Notes: a model not told the origin generated them from the sequence alone. A stretch of DNA of 36,778 bases from Jimgerdemannia flammicorona (GCA_003990765.1 RBNJ01000201.1:1-36778); one strand, 5' to 3'; shown: positions 21,931 through 35,033, numbered from the stretch's first letter. Made by a program: numbers and translations.

Positions 21931-23617
21931 TCAGAAATCTGAAACGCACTTCATACTCAGCCCAGTGAACAGCTTGCCGCGGTCATCCCTCTTGGCCTCT
22001 TGCTGGTCGAACATGCGCGTCAGTGGCACATGACCGTTATCGTCGTCACACCTAAGACAATGGTAGAATGTTCAATTATCTGAGAAATTCGCTGCGAAAG
22101 AATCACACGAACGAAAGAAAACGGAAGCGTACCACACGACCGGCACAGCCTCACTCTCCAAGAGCTTGTAACACGTCGACCAGCTGAACCTTACAATGTT
22201 GGGATACCCGAACACCGGGTCCATGTTCTCTTTGAGCCATTTGACGGTATTTGGGTCTGCCGGAGTATGGCGCACGAGATTCAGACTACATAGCATCCCA
22301 CAGACTAATACCAAGCCTCGTGTGACCCACCATAATCAGAGAGTAGACGAACCTGACGGATATCCTGAGCCGAATTCGCGGGAGACAAGCTCCTCGACGC
22401 TGGGCTCCACAAAGTTCCAGTTCCGTAGTACGGCGTCTCTTGTCACCTATGAAGCATAGATATGTCGAGGGAAGGCTGACCGATGGTTGGTCGTTGCGAA
22501 AGGTACGCATGACTTCATGTCCCCATATCCCAATGATGTTGATCCAGGGTGGACGGATGTTCACATGTAGATCTTCCAGCATATTGATGTCAACATACCT
22601 TGGCACAGATACTGGCGGCACTCACAATGGGGTATGTGCTATCGGCTTTCTTGGCTACCGTAATGTTGATCGTTGGGAAAATTCTGGAGAGCTTAGACTC
22701 GTAGGATTCGGGGCCACCTACAGTATCGACGTAGATCTAGACGTAAACGAAGAGGGAGGTATGAGTCAATATTGAGTGAGATGAATGCAAAGATTCAACA
22801 AAAAAAAAAAAAAGTGAAATATTGTACCTCGGCAACGTTCACACCTCGATCTAAGGTCTCTCGTATTAACTTAATAGTGGTATCATGAGCGAGGTCATTG
22901 AGGCTGTACTTGACCCTGTCGGGTTGGCACCATGATAAAGTAGAAAGGAGTTTAATGTTGGAGGAAGAGATGAGCATGCGTGAACATATCATTTTGGACG
23001 ATTCCTTTTCAACCGCAACCCACTTTTTCAACATGCCCGATGAAATTTCCTGAGGCGATAGCACGCAAACACTCCAGCCAACAAAATCGGGATGCCGTTC
23101 TACAACGGTGAAGAGCGAGTCGCGATCGTCCTCCTTGAGGGTCTTTGAGTCTGAATGAATAGGAAAAGGGCAGGAGTAGGGTATGTACAAACCATACGGA
23201 AAATAAGGAATCAATGCTAGCCGCCCTTTTTGTCAGCAAAAGGAAACATGAACAAAAGGTCCTAAAGGCAGCATAAAGCTATTATTATTTACCAGCGAAG
23301 CCCATCTTTTTCAGTTCCTCATATTTCGATTCGGCACAGAAGCAGACACTGTACACCATCGGCCCTACGGGTTTAAAAAGCCAAAGTACGAGTGAGATCC
23401 CTCGACGACTATACCAGAAAAGTAAAAATGCAAGTAATGCTCAGGGTCGAATGTCTCTGTACGTACCCAGCACGGGGCCCCTTCCCGCCTCGTCCACGCC
23501 TAGAATGAACGGTTCATTGCTGGAGGTCTTAACAATGGTGGGCAGCGGAGACTGGTGCGTATAAGACCTAGTCAAAGGTCCTGGTCGGACAGATGAGATC
23601 AAAGTTGGTAAAGGCAT
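21931..23617 (-). CDS. RNH201: Ribonuclease H2 catalytic subunit A (multi-exon)
   Basis: [55 protein letters not shown] and [14 protein letters not shown] motifs across GT-AG exons. Confidence 0.95.
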
Positions 23618-23925
23618 AGCTTCGGCAGGGAATATACAGAGATAGACAAGCAATTTACGAAGTCTATCTCGCGACTTGGCGATGTTTGTGTAACAACGGA
23701 GGCTTAGTCCGATGTTCGCGTTCGCGAATGATCATGTGACATAAGCCACATCTTTGATGCACCTATTTAAATTCTAGTAACTCTCCTCCTCCCTTTTTTG
23801 ATATAGGAAATTTCCCAAGCAGTACAAACCCTATAGCGCTACGAACATAAATTTTGGTTGGTGATTGTTCAAGAAGCCACTTCCAGCGGTCCAGACACTG
23901 GCCTCCTCAAATTCATATTCTCCTT

Positions 23926-25056
23926 TCACCTTCTCGGTCTTGGCTTGACCACATAAGGATTAGGATGCTTCCTCGTCTTCCCACCCTTCGCCAACACGCC
24001 CCACGGGCTTCTCGGATCCTTGTTACCCTTCGACTTGCCCCTACCACCGCCGTGCGGATGGTCCACGGCGTTCATAGCCACACCTCTCACCGATGGCCTC
24101 CACCCCATCCACCTTCTCCTCCCCGCCTTTCCCAAGGTCTCGTGTTGGTGGTCCGGATTCGATACTGACCCGATGGTCGCGCAGGCCTCGACAGGGACGC
24201 GACGGGTTTCGCCGCTCGACAGACGCAGTTGGGCGTAGCCGGTTGTGCCCGTCTGGATCAGCTGCGCGTACGTACCGGCGGAGCGGGCCATGATGGCGGG
24301 ACCTCCGCGGCGCAGGCCGATGTTGTGCACGGTCATACCGACGGGGATCATGCGCAGCGGCATGCAGTTGCCGATGTCGACAGAGACGGTGCGGGTGATG
24401 TCGCTGTTGTCGTTACCATCACCACCATCACCATCACCAGTTCCGCCGATGACACCAGCAATGTCACCCACCCCTTCACTACGGTAGCTTCTCACCCGAT
24501 CCCCGGGCGCCAAGTTGTGGGGCGCGACAATGTAGCTTAGTTCACTATTGGCATCATTCTTGAGCAGTGCGATCCAGGCAGTCCTCCCCGGGTCGTATTC
24601 GAGGCGCTGCACGGTATGTGTACCTGGTCCAAAGCGATTCCAGTCAATAATACGAATGCGGCGCTTGTGCCCGCCGCCGCGATGGCGGATAGTAATATAG
24701 CCGTGGTTGTTGCGGCCGCCCTTGGAGCGCTTGGCCTTGGTCAGCATACGGATTGGCTTGCCCTTGTGAAGATGGTCGCGGGGCACGCGTTTGAGCCAGC
24801 GTTTGCCTGGCGTGGTAGGCTTTTTCGTCTTAAACTGATTGGAGGGGCGGGCGGGGCGGTCGGGTGGGGGAGGGGGGACGGGGTCGACGAGGGAGTTGGG
24901 TGTGGTAATGCGGGCGGGGACGGACTTTATGGCATATGTGCGGACCAAGGGCGTGAAAGGCCTACAAGACTGAAAAACAGGTGGGGATCTTGTGATCTGG
25001 GCGAGAGTTGTCCGCACGGCCTGCAGGGGCCGGGACAGCAAGTTGAGGCGTAGCAT
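23926..25056 (-). CDS. RML2: Mitochondrial ribosomal protein uL2m (single exon, with presequence)
   Basis: GGRNNHGYITIRHRGGGHKRR, EYDPGRTAWIAL and RGVAMNAVDHPHGGG motifs; Arg/Ser-rich N-terminal presequence from ATG 25056. Confidence 0.96.
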   Translation of the reverse strand: MLRLNLLSRPLQAVRTTLAQITRSPPVFQSCRPFTPLVRTYAIKSVPARITTPNSLVDPVPPPPPDRPARPSNQFKTKKPTTPGKRWLKRVPRDHLHKGKPIRMLTKAKRSKGGRNNHGYITIRHRGGGHKRRIRIIDWNRFGPGTHTVQRLEYDPGRTAWIALLKNDANSELSYIVAPHNLAPGDRVRSYRSEGVGDIAGVIGGTGDGDGGDGNDNSDITRTVSVDIGNCMPLRMIPVGMTVHNIGLRRGGPAIMARSAGTYAQLIQTGTTGYAQLRLSSGETRRVPVEACATIGSVSNPDHQHETLGKAGRRRWMGWRPSVRGVAMNAVDHPHGGGRGKSKGNKDPRSPWGVLAKGGKTRKHPNPYVVKPRPRR

Positions 25057-25113
25057 GGTGAAGAAGCCACCCTCGACGCCATCCAAATAAGAGGGATCAA
25101 CACAACATTGTCG

Positions 25114-25121
25114 TGACGTCA
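25114..25121. promoter_or_regulatory. CRE/ATF palindrome TGACGTCA in a 134-bp divergent promoter (uL2m / PEN-2)
   Basis: GTGACGTCAC lies centrally between ATGs at 25056 and 25191. Confidence 0.5.
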
Positions 25122-25190
25122 CCTCTCAACCCACCAAATCACCTTAGACTGAGGCAAGGATTCGCTCTCGACTTCACATTCATCATCATA

Positions 25191-25593
25191 ATGCCTTCCA
25201 TCGACAAGCTTGCCCCCACCGAGATCCTCTCTATAGCAAAGAAGATGTTCTGGGGTGGCTTTGCCTTCCTTCCATTCCTCTGGCTTGTCAACTTCATGTA
25301 CCTCTGGCCCGCAACAAAGCGCGCCGACGCACCCCCCGAGTTGAAGAAATGTACGCTTTGGACATCTTTCTCTACTGAGGCTTGTTTTTCAAAAGCAAAT
25401 GAGTTGTTTTACTTAACCGACCAAAACTAACCATGTAAATCCTGATTCTGTTTCAGACTTGTTGATGTCCCTCGCTGGCTCCATCACCTGGTTAATTATT
25501 CTCTCGACCTGGTTCGGACTTTTTGTTAACATGCGGGTCGCGTGGGGAGCTGCGGCAGATATGATCACTGTGGTGATACCAAAGGGTGTATGA
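25191..25593 (+). CDS. PEN2: Gamma-secretase subunit PEN-2 (98 aa; exons 25191-25350, 25457-25593)
   Basis: GGFAFLPFLWLVN is identical to the animal PEN-2 motif. The C-terminus STWFGLFVNMRVAWGAAADMITVVIPKGV resembles RPRWGALGDYLSFTIPLG. Confidence 0.93.
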
Positions 25594-25752
25594 AACCGTA
25601 AAAAGTGTGAGTTTGGAAGAATCCGCATAATAGATAGCTCGATACAAAATGTGTTGGGGACGCGCTTAGTTCTGGAGGACTGATGGCATGCCTGATCGAG
25701 AAAGTATATTCGCTCTTCGAAGCCCTTTGTAAATATGTCTTACCTATTCTTT

Positions 25753-25827
<75 letters not shown>

Positions 25828-26346
25828 CGCTTTGTCTAAACTTAAAATATTGTGCTCATTGTTCGGGTTTCTCTGAGATATCAACAGCTAGAAGTGTACC
25901 ATAACACCTTCAGGCTAAGATAAAAAAAACGGTTATATTATTATGTATCGAGGTTCAATAGTACAACATGCGCTATTTGACTAGCTTCGCAACACAGATT
26001 TCATTGAAGAAAATAGACTCCCACACAGAACGTAGACCATAATAAGCTTCACAGAGAACACGAAATGTATATCATAGAAAGAAACAATGACGAACAAAAT
26101 TGACTACAAGAAGCAATACGATCAAAATGTTTATGGGAAGTGTTATATACATGATAGGAAACGACGGGTCAGAGATGGGATGCAGGGTTGCACCAACTAC
26201 GAACTGTATGGGCAAAATTCCACAAAGCGAAGTGAGCCTCGCAAAAAGGTATATGCAAAACAACACAATACTGTTCGCCAGGAATCCTAACGTCATTAAC
26301 ATCGCTTCATGCTCCATAGAGGACAAGTTCCATTCCCCCCGCATAA

Positions 26347-28480
26347 TTATTTCTTGGCTTTCACGGGCGCCTTCTTGGTTGTTGCCATACCCTGCGCAAA
26401 TGTCGAAAATTTCATGATCGCAAGAATTGAGCCACCAGATGCTGTTCGATCCGAAAAAATATTGCTACAACATTGAGGTAGGAAGAGATATGCAAACCTT
26501 CCGCATCACCAGTAAATCGTTCATAAGATCTTCTTCCTTAAGACCGAAAGTGAATGGGGGAGGTAATCACCCCGAAGAGAAAGAGCGAACCGCATTAGAT
26601 GAGATCGACGTTAAGGATAAGGTATCTCGATGTCCCGGCTCCTACGTACAATGCAATCTTCTAAAATATAATGTGGTCCATGTATGTATCCACCCCAAAA
26701 CAATAATCATACGACATGCAAAAAGGATATCTTGCAGCTGCCTCTTCTTGCTAGCCTTCGTCTCGTTTTGTTCCATTCCACGCTTGCGCAGATTTCGCTT
26801 GTGCATCCGCGTTTGGGACTCAATGACAACGTCTATGGCGATTTGCACATTTACGAAGAGAAATGTGTGAGTGACTTATGAAGGAGACATGCGTTACAAA
26901 AACATAAACTGAATGGCTTTGCACGACAATCGCACGAAACATCCTGCCGGTCTCGGGCATACCGTTAGATATATCCAAGTTATCCTTGTCTTCCTTCAGC
27001 TTCTTGCGTCGCTCCTCAACCCCAGCGAGCATCTTCTCTCGGAGACCTTGCTTCTCAGCCTGATTTACGAGTAAACACATATAAAGAGGTACACGATGCC
27101 CTCAGTTTACTTGGATGAACACATTCGTCCGCCCCACGAATGAATGTCAATCTAACCCAAATCATACACTTCGGCATACCATGTACTCTTCCTCGGCCTG
27201 TTTCGTCTCAAGTTCATATTGATTCCCGGCGCACTCGAGCTGGAAGTTGCGGAAGAGCCGCTTCTGATCGATCATCGTATCGCGCGTATCCTCCAGGTCC
27301 GCGAGCCGCTCAAGAAACTCGGGTTGCGTGCCTGAATATCATGTCGCAAAAAGGCGACACAGTGCGGGAAACGCGGTCGTAAGAATATAGATAAGGTGAG
27401 GCATTACCAATACATACCAAGAAAGCAGCAACATACCGTCCTGTATAGCGCGCAATTCCGACTGAAAGGCTTTCAATTTGTCCGTGTATATCCTGTACGT
27501 CAAGACCCAATACAGTACAGAGTGAATATGTACGTACTATATGTCAAGATGCACAGCCATGACTGTGAACGCGCTTGTTTAGGCGGTTTGGGCGGTTTCG
27601 GCGAACAAAATGGCATCGATGCCTTGATGTCTCGCGATTCAACCACTCTCGATTCTTTGCTGTCCAATATAAAAGTCTGCCAGCTACTCACCTCTCCTTG
27701 TTCTCCATGAATTCTTGATTGAGCCTCTGCATCCTTTCCGTAAATTCCCTCCGTCGTTTGTCTTTTTTGCTCTCCACAACCTCCTGACCCGTTTCTGGAT
27801 AAGAGAAGGTTTGTCAGGAATGAATAGTCGTTAGTTGAAGTATGACACTGCAAGAAGCTTCCACGCCTACCCCATCGCGCCCAAAAAAGCAAAAAGCAAA
27901 CATCACGTCTGTACTCACCATCAGACCATCCCTCCCCTTCCTCATCGTCATCGCCCTCCCCGGCCCCACCACCACCCGACCCAATTATACCATTCAGGCC
28001 TACGTTAATCTTGCTGGAGCCTGACGGCGTGCGGTCCCCAGGCCCACCCCCTCCCATCCCTCCACCGGGACCACCGGGGCCCCCGTAACCGCCCATACGC
28101 TGCGGATCCATGTCCTCGTCGCCGTAGTCATCCTCCCCGTCGTCGTCTCCTTCCAGTCCAGGTTCATGGTAGATGTGGCCGCTCTTGACCAGGCTGCTCC
28201 CTCCATAATAGTGATGGTGGGAATGGTGCTGTTGTTGCGGCTGGTGCACTTGTGTGTGATGGCCACCGGTCATGGGGTAGTGGTGCATGCTGATGTGACC
28301 AGCTGCGGCCTCCAGAAGGTCACTAAAGTCGTTGTCGTCGTCAAGATCCTCCGGTTCGGAGTCGGAAGCGGAGGTGGAAGCCTCGTAGTAGTTTGGGGGG
28401 ACGGCGGAGTGGTGTCGATTTGGACGTTGCTGCTTTGTTGATGGGAGTCTAGTGGCAGCCATCGCTGGAGTAGGGGGCAT
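26347..28480 (-). CDS. SDS3: Sin3/Rpd3L deacetylase complex subunit, Sds3/BRMS1 family (multi-exon, includes a U12 AT-AC intron)
   Basis: KKDKRRREFTERMQRLNQEFMENKERIYTDKL...IQDGTQPEFLERLADLE...LREKML...KLKEDKD...KRNLRKR...QAPPFTFGLKEEDLMNDLLVMRK, with a low-complexity N-terminus. Confidence 0.88.
26563..26730 (-). other. U12-type (minor spliceosome) AT-AC intron, 168 nt
   Basis: 5' splice site ATATCCTTTT, branch site TCCTTAAC (26610-26617) and 3' splice site TTAC. Splicing restores the Sds3 reading frame. Confidence 0.88.
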
Positions 28481-28929
28481 GGAGTAGTTGTTTGTTATTA
28501 TTTTGGGCAAAGAGGGGAAGCTCCTTCGCTGGCTTCTACATCTGGCTCACGGGGAATGATGATGTCATAAGTGGCTTGCCAATTCGACAGACTAATAATT
28601 CAGCACTCACACACGTCCAGATAGCAAATGCCCATGAGAGGATGGAGGGCCTCGCGAAGAAGCCAAACAGGGATATAGGACATGGTGGAACTTTGCTTTC
28701 CTAACGAGTGTCAAACATATAGCTGCATGTCAGTCCAAAGCTTCTAGCCTGACTTCCATTCAACCACTAATAAATTAGAATCGTATGTCTAATATTCCGA
28801 TCAGTCACGTGACGGCTCAGCGACACGTCGCTTTTTAAAATGTTCAGGTCATTGATATAGGTAGAAAATTGTGTTCAAAATTAATTGGAGTCATTTATTG
28901 ATATGATCAATATTTAATTTTCGGGACTA

Positions 28930-29550
28930 TTGACAGAGATAATCTGAACTTTGATTTTTTTTAAAAAAAAATTAGCTAATAACTTCAGTTAGCTTTATAA
29001 AATTTAAATAACTTTATTATATTTGTTAGTCTTTAGTAAATGAAGTAAAAAATATATATAATATTAATTAATATTATATCAAATAGTGCTTTTACTTTTA
29101 TATTATATTTTTAAAATAATTTACTAGTTTAGCTGAAATAGTTTAATAATAAAATTTTAGTAATATTAATTATCTTATATTTAAATTTAGCTATAAATAA
29201 TATAAAAAATAAGTTAAAAAAGTAAAGAAATTTAAAATCTTATTTATAAGATAATATTATTTATTATATCATTATTAATTTTAAAATTAATAATAAATAT
29301 TATAAAATACTATAAAGTTGCTATATAATTTTAGATAAATAAATAAAGTTAAATATAATAAACTAAATAATAATAATAATAAGATATTGATAATACTTAT
29401 TTTTCTATAATCTATAAGACCAGATATTCTAAAAATAGTTAATTTTTTTTTAAAAGCTGAAAAAATAATAAATAAATAAATAAATAATAACAATAAGTTT
29501 AGTTTTTCTAGACAACTATTTATTCTTGATGCTGAAGTTTAATTATTCCT
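28930..29550. mobile_element. AT-rich island, probable degenerate repeat/TE relic
   Basis: Abrupt, very AT-rich and TpA-rich block with no CpG seen, between two GC-rich genes. No TIR or TSD found. Confidence 0.4.
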
Positions 29551-29835
29551 GCCTAACACATTCACATGCTCTACGGTCATAGCTGTCATTAGCCACAAAT
29601 GTTAGTATGGTAGTGATTGCAAAGTATACGTCTCAATGTAAGAATAGTGCCGCCACATATTTACATTCATGACATAATGATAATGTATGTATTTGTAGGT
29701 GAAAACCTGCGACAATACATGTTTGTGGGTGCGGGTTTCAAAATCGATTGTCCTCATTGTTGCAACACAACTACGGACACCCTGTTCTCCGAATGAATGG
29801 TGTTAGCAGAATCAATCAACGTACCCAATCCCACA

Positions 29836-32800
29836 TCACTCCCTGTACACCTCCCTAACCATAAATGCAGCGACATCCAAGTCCTGCCAATAGTTCATGT
29901 GAACATTCAATGCGCTCAGGTACGCGTTCTCGAGGATCCCTTCTTGCAGACAGAAATCAACGCGACCATTTATGTTGAGGGCGCGTAGGCGTTGGGCACC
30001 ACGGGTGTACGCCGATATCGACAGTAGCGGCTCGGGGTGCGCCGGGGGAATGTGATGAGCGTTGTCTGCGCCATCGTTGCTGTCGTGAGAGGACGACGGA
30101 TCCGAATTCGACCGAGAACGTGTTGCGGACTTGGACGAGCCATCAGGTTGCGGAGACAAGGATCGCGGTTGAGTCTGCTGTGACGCGGCTGGCGCATCGG
30201 GTTCCTTCTTGATTTTAAAATTACGCATGAAGAGATGGACGGCAAGCCCGGTTCGGAGGGATTCGTACATGGCACCGGCGCGCGTGGCGATATCGGAGCC
30301 GACGTTGTAGCCAGCATCGAGGACACCTTTCAAGCCACCTTTGCTGTAGGGGATCAGTTCTGGTTTGAGGTTGATTGTGTAATGACGGGCGATGAGAGGT
30401 TCTAGACGATAGGCGACTGGGTCTGCCTTGTGAAAGATGTTGTAAAGGTTTTGAACGGCAGGATAGCAGAAGGGGGTAGGATCTGAGGCTGAAGAACCCG
30501 AGGATGCAGAGGTGTTGTCAGAGATAGTCAGGAGTTTTCTGGCGCCAATTTTGCATCCCTTGAGCAACAGGAGGACGCCGATGGGCGAGCCAACGGCGAA
30601 GAAATTGAGAACGGGGAAGTCCAAGATAGGTAACTTGGAATTTTGGGCCTGATTGGGCACCGCAAAGAAGCTCGATGTCGGTGCCTGACCGTGGGTTTGA
30701 TGTTTGGTAACAGCAGCATCTTCGGACGATGTAAGGGGCTGAAGTATAAGGATGTCGAACGCTAAGACAGACTGTCAAGAGCGAACATTCAGGTATGTAA
30801 TAGAGAAAAGAGAGAGCACCGATCGCGTTGGTTAGATTATAAACTTTCCAGGCAGCTGGATTCCTACTAAAAAGACAACTTTTTTTTTTTTTTTTTTTTT
30901 TTTTTCCTGTAGAATCTGAAGAAAAGATGGTGTACCCCTAGCGAGTGACCATAAATGGAGACTTTGCCATTTTGCGAGAAATGTGGATTACGCTCGACAA
31001 AGAGATGGTAAACGCGATTGATCTCCTTTGCAACGATGGACATCATCTGCTCGCGGTATTTTGGTGTCATATAAAGCGGAACTACATGATGCACGTTCGA
31101 GGAATGCGTAAGCAAGATATGTCGATGGTCTCAGCAAAACCATAGCCATAATTTGAGTATAATCTACGTCTCTATCACGCCTCCCACGGCAATCAAATAA
31201 ATCACTTACCGTCCAGCAGAACATCGCTGACGATCATCCTGATATTCGGCACCCCCTCCAGTGTGATCTCGTCCAGCGTCGGCTGGCCGTCCTCCAGCTC
31301 GGGCATACCCATGTCGCGTTCGACATTGTCTTCGTCGGCTGCCATGCCGAAGGTGATGTCCTGGCGCCAGAGAATTGGTAGGACTTGGATGCCGTTCGAG
31401 CGCGAAGGGTTGCCAATGTGCGTGGCGACAGAGGAGAAGGCCGACTTCATTGTACGGCGGAGAACATTCACGTCTGTGAGGTTGGGAGCCAGAAATATAA
31501 GGATTATGATTAAGTGACACAACGAGGAAATATATCCATACTTATCTAGCAAAGGAGAGGCCAACGTCAGCGCATTTACTCACCATGGATGAAGTTTTGG
31601 CCCAAACGATCTGCAAATTTTTGGCCAATACTAGTGCGCAAAAGTAAAAAAAAAAAAAACCAGGAGCAACGCAAACCAAACAATGTGTCATTGAACGCGA
31701 GCCTCCTAAAATGCAATCTTGCAACACAGATTAACTCGTCAAGTAGTATTTTCTACTCACCCATGGATAACAAACACCAAATGATCTACCTTGCGTTCGT
31801 TTTCCTCACTCTCCTCATTTGCGTAATCCTCCAGCTCTCGCCTTGTCTGCGTTGTCTCATCATCCTCCTTGTCCCCCACAACGTTGGCGACGATATCCTC
31901 AGCGTCGCCTTTCTCCCCCTTCTCCCCCTTTTGCTGCTTGATAGCCTCGTCAACGGTCGGCTGCTTCGATTTCGAGAACGGAGAGGTTGTTGCGGGGGCG
32001 ACTGACTTTTCTACCTCGGGATACCCGCGCAGAAGGCGGGTGCCGCCGAGGTTGCTGTTATTGGTGAGGCGGGTGAAAATGTGTTTGGTGACCTTGCTTG
32101 ACAAGGAGTCCCTGCGAGGATTATTACAATGAAGTGAGAATTGGATTCCAGATGGCGTTCGAGATTGAGACTAGAAATATATAGTTTTTTTACTGGGACG
32201 AATTTTCTCATCAACACGTACGAGAGCAGCCAAGCAGTTGTTGCCCCGGTGTAGATGACGTATTGCTCCAGATAACGACCCAGCAAATTCCACTGTTTCT
32301 CAAGCTTTTTCTCCTCTATTACAGGGGACGCCTGGTCATGGGACCCGGCGCTAGTAGCGGAATCGGCAGGAGGATGTGGAGTCACAGGTCCGGGGGTGCC
32401 AGAGATCTTGGGAGTTGTGGGCCTGGGAGGACTGGATCCCAACGCCACCGCTGCGGTATCTGACGACGTCGAGTGAGTCAGGTCTTCTGTGATGACTGGA
32501 TCTGGAATCCACGGGCGGTATTTGCTGTCGACATTAAGAAATAGTTCGTTGTAGGGTCAGAATGGAATTTGATGTGATTTAATGATATGTTGATCGTGTT
32601 AAATTTTTGGAGATCTACCAGTAACCAAGTTCAATCTGCTCGGACAGATTTTCTTCGCAGGGAATCCATTTAGATGAATCGCCCTGCATGAACCAGGTAG
32701 CCCTCCGAACCTCGTATACGGGCCCGTCCCAAAAGACTGGTGTGATGGTGCGCTGGGTGACGTCCACCTCGAACAGGTAGTCTTCGTTTACGGCCACCTT

Positions 32801-33202
32801 TGGGTTCGGCTCATCCGACTAGCGAAGCGAGATTGAATGAATGGCATTAATGCCAAAACAATCAATATGGGGGACGGGATACCAAGGGAAACAGACTGCG
32901 GGGGGGGGCAGAGTATAGTTTACCAGATAAGCTTTCTCGAGGGTGTTGGAATCACGCTTTGAGAAGGCGACCCAGTTTGCGGACTGCTTTGGCTTCGTCG
33001 CTGGAGTGCTGGAGGTTTGAGTGGAGGTGGATGCCGAGGAGACGGAGCTGCTCTCTCTGGAGCCTGAGGCAGTTCGCTTTTTGAGGCGCTCGACCTTTGG
33101 ATCGGATATTGGGACGTCGACGGCGTGAAACCATCTGACAGGAAGTCTTGGGATGTCCAATTCGGGCTGAACGATTGCAATGGAGCGTCTCTTGTTAAGC
33201 AT
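29836..33202 (-). CDS. DDHD-domain phospholipase A1 (PA-PLA1/Ddl1-like, multi-exon)
   Basis: VRWFHAVD, PVFWDGPVYEVRRATWF, HLVFVIHGIG, lipase GHSLG, FFAVGSPIG, NIFHKADPVAYRLEP, RVDF and HMNYW motifs. Confidence 0.93.
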
Positions 33203-33420
33203 TTATTTAATTATTTAATTATTTAATTATTTATTTTTGGGTTGGGGGTTGGTGGGAGGGAAAGGAGAATCTATATCAAATCTGGCTTATCGTGGCTGGG
33301 GAAGGAAGAGGCGGTCACATATGAGGGAGAGTCACGTGAGAGGACAAACCCACTTAACCCACCGACCTCACATGCCAATTAATCATTAATCCTATGCCAC
33401 TTTAATTTTGTGCATTGCAC

Positions 33421-35033
33421 ATGTCCCGCAATCACCTCAAAAATGTCTCCACCGAGCATCCGATCCACCCAGGCCCCGCGAAAAAGCCCCGTCGAGAATC
33501 ACCAAACCAACTCCACCTCAATCCCCGCTACGAACACCCAACATTTGTGACCCCTTTCACCACCGCCTTCACATCCGCAACCCATTTCTCAGACCCCACT
33601 ACAAACGCCCACGTCGGCCCCCATCCCTTTGTTCATGCCGTCCTACCCAATATTATCGATCCCGCCTTCCTCGAGCAGGTGAAGCAGGCCCTCCTAAAGG
33701 AGCAGTATTACCACAAGTCCAATGACCTGTACGAGTTCTACCAGTCCGAGGATTTCAAGATCACCACATCGCCCTGCCTCGCCGAATTGCGCGACGCCAT
33801 ATACTCGCCGCAGTTTGTGGACACCATGTCGCGACTGACGGGGCTCGAGCTCGATCCCACAAAGATCGACCTCTCGGCACATCAGTACCATCACAAGGGC
33901 TACCTGCTATGTCACGACGATGATATCAAGGATGAAAAAAAAGGGACGGGGAGGCGGATTGCCTTCATCATCTACTTGGTGGACGAGGATTGGAGCGAGG
34001 CCGATGGCGGAGCTCTGGAATTATTCGCGGCGTAAGCTTGATCTTTTATTGTGGAAACAAATCCCCCTCCCCCTTCGCGTCGTGTGCCTCAACATATCCC
34101 ACCCTACTCTACAAAAATCTTCACCCATAAAGCGACAGCGACGGCTACCCCACGAAAATCACTCGCTCGCTCGTCCCGAAATGGAACCAAATGGCCTTTT
34201 TCAAGCTTTCTGGCACCTCCTATCACCAAGTCGCCGAGGTCCTCACGCCAAGCAGGATCCGCCTCTCCATCTCGGGCTGGTTCCATGGCCCCCTCAAACG
34301 CCCACTCCTCACAACCCAGACCCTCCCCATTCCCCCCACCGATCTCTCCCTCTCCGACTATATCCACTCCCAATACCTCGCCCCGACCTCCTTCTCCAAC
34401 ATTCGTGACATCTTCCTCGAGCGATCCTCCATCGAGCTTCAAAAGTTTCTCCGCCCTGAAATTTACGATCAGCTCCTCCACGAATTCGACGACGGCACTG
34501 CTCAATGGGACCCAACACCCATCGGTCCGGCCTTCGTCCGTCGCTACCGGCGCCTCCGACCCGCGCCCCCCACCTCGACCCTCTCCCGCCTCCACACTTT
34601 CTTTACTTCCTCCGCCTTTGCCACCTTTCTCACCACAGTCACCAACCTCCGCCCGACGGCCCATAATTCCGAGGTCCGATGCTTCGCCCACGGCGACTAC
34701 ACGCTCCTGCACGACCATGCGATTGAGCGCGAGGGCTTGGATGTCGTGTTCGCCATGCCTCGCGTGCCTGGGGAAGAGGAGGCTGGATGGGACGAGCGGT
34801 GGGGGGGCCGTACGCACTATGTGGCCGATGCCGAGAATTTGCTGACAATGGTGCCAACAGCAAACACGCTGAGCGTTGTGCTGAGGGACGAGGGCGTGCA
34901 GCGCTTTGTGAAGTATGTTAATTGTGAGACGAAAACAAAGGAGGGGGAGAAGATGGCGGAGAGGAGAGAGATCAGCTTGATATTTTATGAGGACCCGGAG
35001 GGAGGTGGAGGTGGAGATGAAGATCCCAAGTGA
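33421..35033 (+). CDS. TPA1: Prolyl 3-hydroxylase Tpa1/OGFOD1/Ofd1 (2OG-Fe(II) oxygenase); exons 33421-34031, 34133-35033
   Basis: KSNDLYEFYQSED, YLLCHDD (HxD), RRIAFIIYLV, GGALELF, SYHQVAEV and RLSISGWFH motifs, plus a C-terminal Ofd1-type domain (GDYTLLHD). Confidence 0.93.

Noticed and set aside
34051..34845. Overlapping Pro/Ser-rich ORFs (264 aa +, 237 aa -)
   Set aside because: Alternative frames of the GC3-rich TPA1 exon.
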